Source: Octopus sinensis
Lineage: Eukaryota
DNA length: 64,000 bases
NCBI RefSeq assembly: GCF_006345805.1
Contig: NC_042998.1
Location: forward strand, 196,912,001-196,976,000
Direction of reading: 5' to 3'
Below are positions 62,907 to 64,000 of this stretch, in pieces. The notes below the pieces were generated by a model. That model did no database searches and was not told the origin of the DNA. It saw only the letters and a list, made by a program, of their open reading frames with translations. A program made the translations under genes and the position numbers. The first letter of the stretch is position 1. Every line of letters begins with the position of its first letter.

Positions 62907-63695
62907 ATAGATAGATATACATGTACATGCCTACATATATATGTATATATGTATGTATATATGGGTACAGGATGTCAAAAAAACGTGAACAAATTGAGAA
63001 ACGAGAACATAAAAAACAAGAGCATGGAAAACAAACTTTTTTTTTGTACAACTAAAGTAACAAATAGATAAACGACACAGGCAAAGTAGAGAACAATCCC
63101 TTCATCAGTTGTCCCCTGTTTTATCTACTCCATGTTTCGAAGGTAGGGACAAGACGCGACTTTGTTAAAACAGTCCTTCCCGCAAAGCAAATTAAATAAA
63201 ATTTGGGATTTTTTGCGGAGGGTTAAAGTGGTAACAAAAACAGGACAGTAAGAACAAACAGTGAGGGCTGTTAAGCCATAACGAGGTGAAGTGGTGAACA
63301 CTGGGAAAATGAGCTTTGAGAAGAGACAGGCAAAAGCACGTCTTATCTTTAGGAAGGAAGTGGAAGAAAGAAAGATAGAGTCAAGGAGGAAAAGTGAGAG
63401 AGAGAGGGGGAATGGTGAAGGGCAGAGGAGAAGAATTAGAGAAAGGGTGGGAGAGAAAACCAGAAAGGAAGTATCCTTTATTTAATAACTGGGTTTGCTA
63501 TTCTAACCACTGGCCAAAGCAGAGCAGTACTGCAATTAAAAAATAAAGACTTTAGGTACAGGTATGACTGTGGGGTAAGAAGTTTGCTTCCCATCCACAT
63601 GGTTCAGGGTTCAGTCTCACTGTGTGGCACCTTGGGTGTTTTTTACTATGGCCCTAGGCCAACCAAAGTCTTCCTTGGATCTTTCCTTTTCCTAT

Positions 63696-63730
63696 GTTTC
63701 TGACGAAGAGCTCCGCTCAAAACGTTAAAT
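63696..63730 (+). ncRNA. Hammerhead-like motif with core G12->A substitution
   Basis: GUUU CUGACGA AGAGC-UCC-GCUC AAAA CGUU AAAU. Stem II intact, palindromic AACGUU, but AAAA in place of GAAA. Confidence 0.55.
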
Positions 63731-63837
63731 CCTCCTTTCTTTCCTTTCCTGAGTGTCCAATAACACTATACTTGTTCCACATCCTCGCGTTGTGTTTTCA
63801 TGTTTGGATTAACTTTATATATATAGTTAAATCCAAT

Positions 63838-64000
63838 AGATGCCCTTCCTAACGAGAGTGGTTGGCGTTAGGAAGGGCATCCAGCTGTAGAAACTCTGCC
63901 AGATCAAGATTGGAACCTAGCGCAGCCATCTGGTTCGCCAGTCCTCAGTCAAATCATCCAACTCATGCTAGCATGGAAAGCAGACGTTAAACGATGATGA
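63838..64000 (+). mobile_element. SINE-B 3' part (runs to window end)
   Basis: Family core + start of tail. Confidence 0.8.

Noticed and set aside
63085-63150. acaactgatgaaggg repeat (also about 10555-10570) with a GAAA upstream on the minus strand
   Set aside because: Could be a permuted hammerhead remnant, but I could not build consistent stems, so it is not called.

Overview
AT-rich, repeat-saturated animal DNA. The SINE/LINE/microsatellite repertoire looks like an octopus (coleoid cephalopod) genome; this is recognition from memory, not a database result. Two protein-coding genes lie on the minus strand. (1) ACAT1 (mitochondrial acetoacetyl-CoA thiolase): six phase-compatible exons at 35025-35078, 29185-29302, 27205-27300, 6705-6805, 3358-3450 and 796-846, continuing off the left edge. 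(2) TMEM165/GDT1 (UPF0016 Golgi cation antiporter): an intronless 304-aa CDS at 58882-59796 with a small 5'UTR intron. No separate ACAT1 first exon was found, so TMEM165 may sit in ACAT1 intron 1 and share its non-coding first exon. The introns hold about 30 copies of an RTE-LINE-tail SINE, three tRNA-derived SINE families, RTE, R4/Dong-like and mariner remnants, many MITEs, and Helitron-like elements. The main hidden signal is a set of minimal hammerhead-ribozyme motifs in small Penelope-like insertions. One looks intact (20993-21038, sense to the ACAT1 pre-mRNA, inside a 340-bp insertion with a 13-bp TSD). Two face each other at the centre of a 435-bp palindrome (8911-9345). Three more are decayed. 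Repeat coordinates are approximate (about +/-10 bp) unless TSDs or TIRs are quoted. Exon, CDS and ribozyme coordinates were counted base by base.
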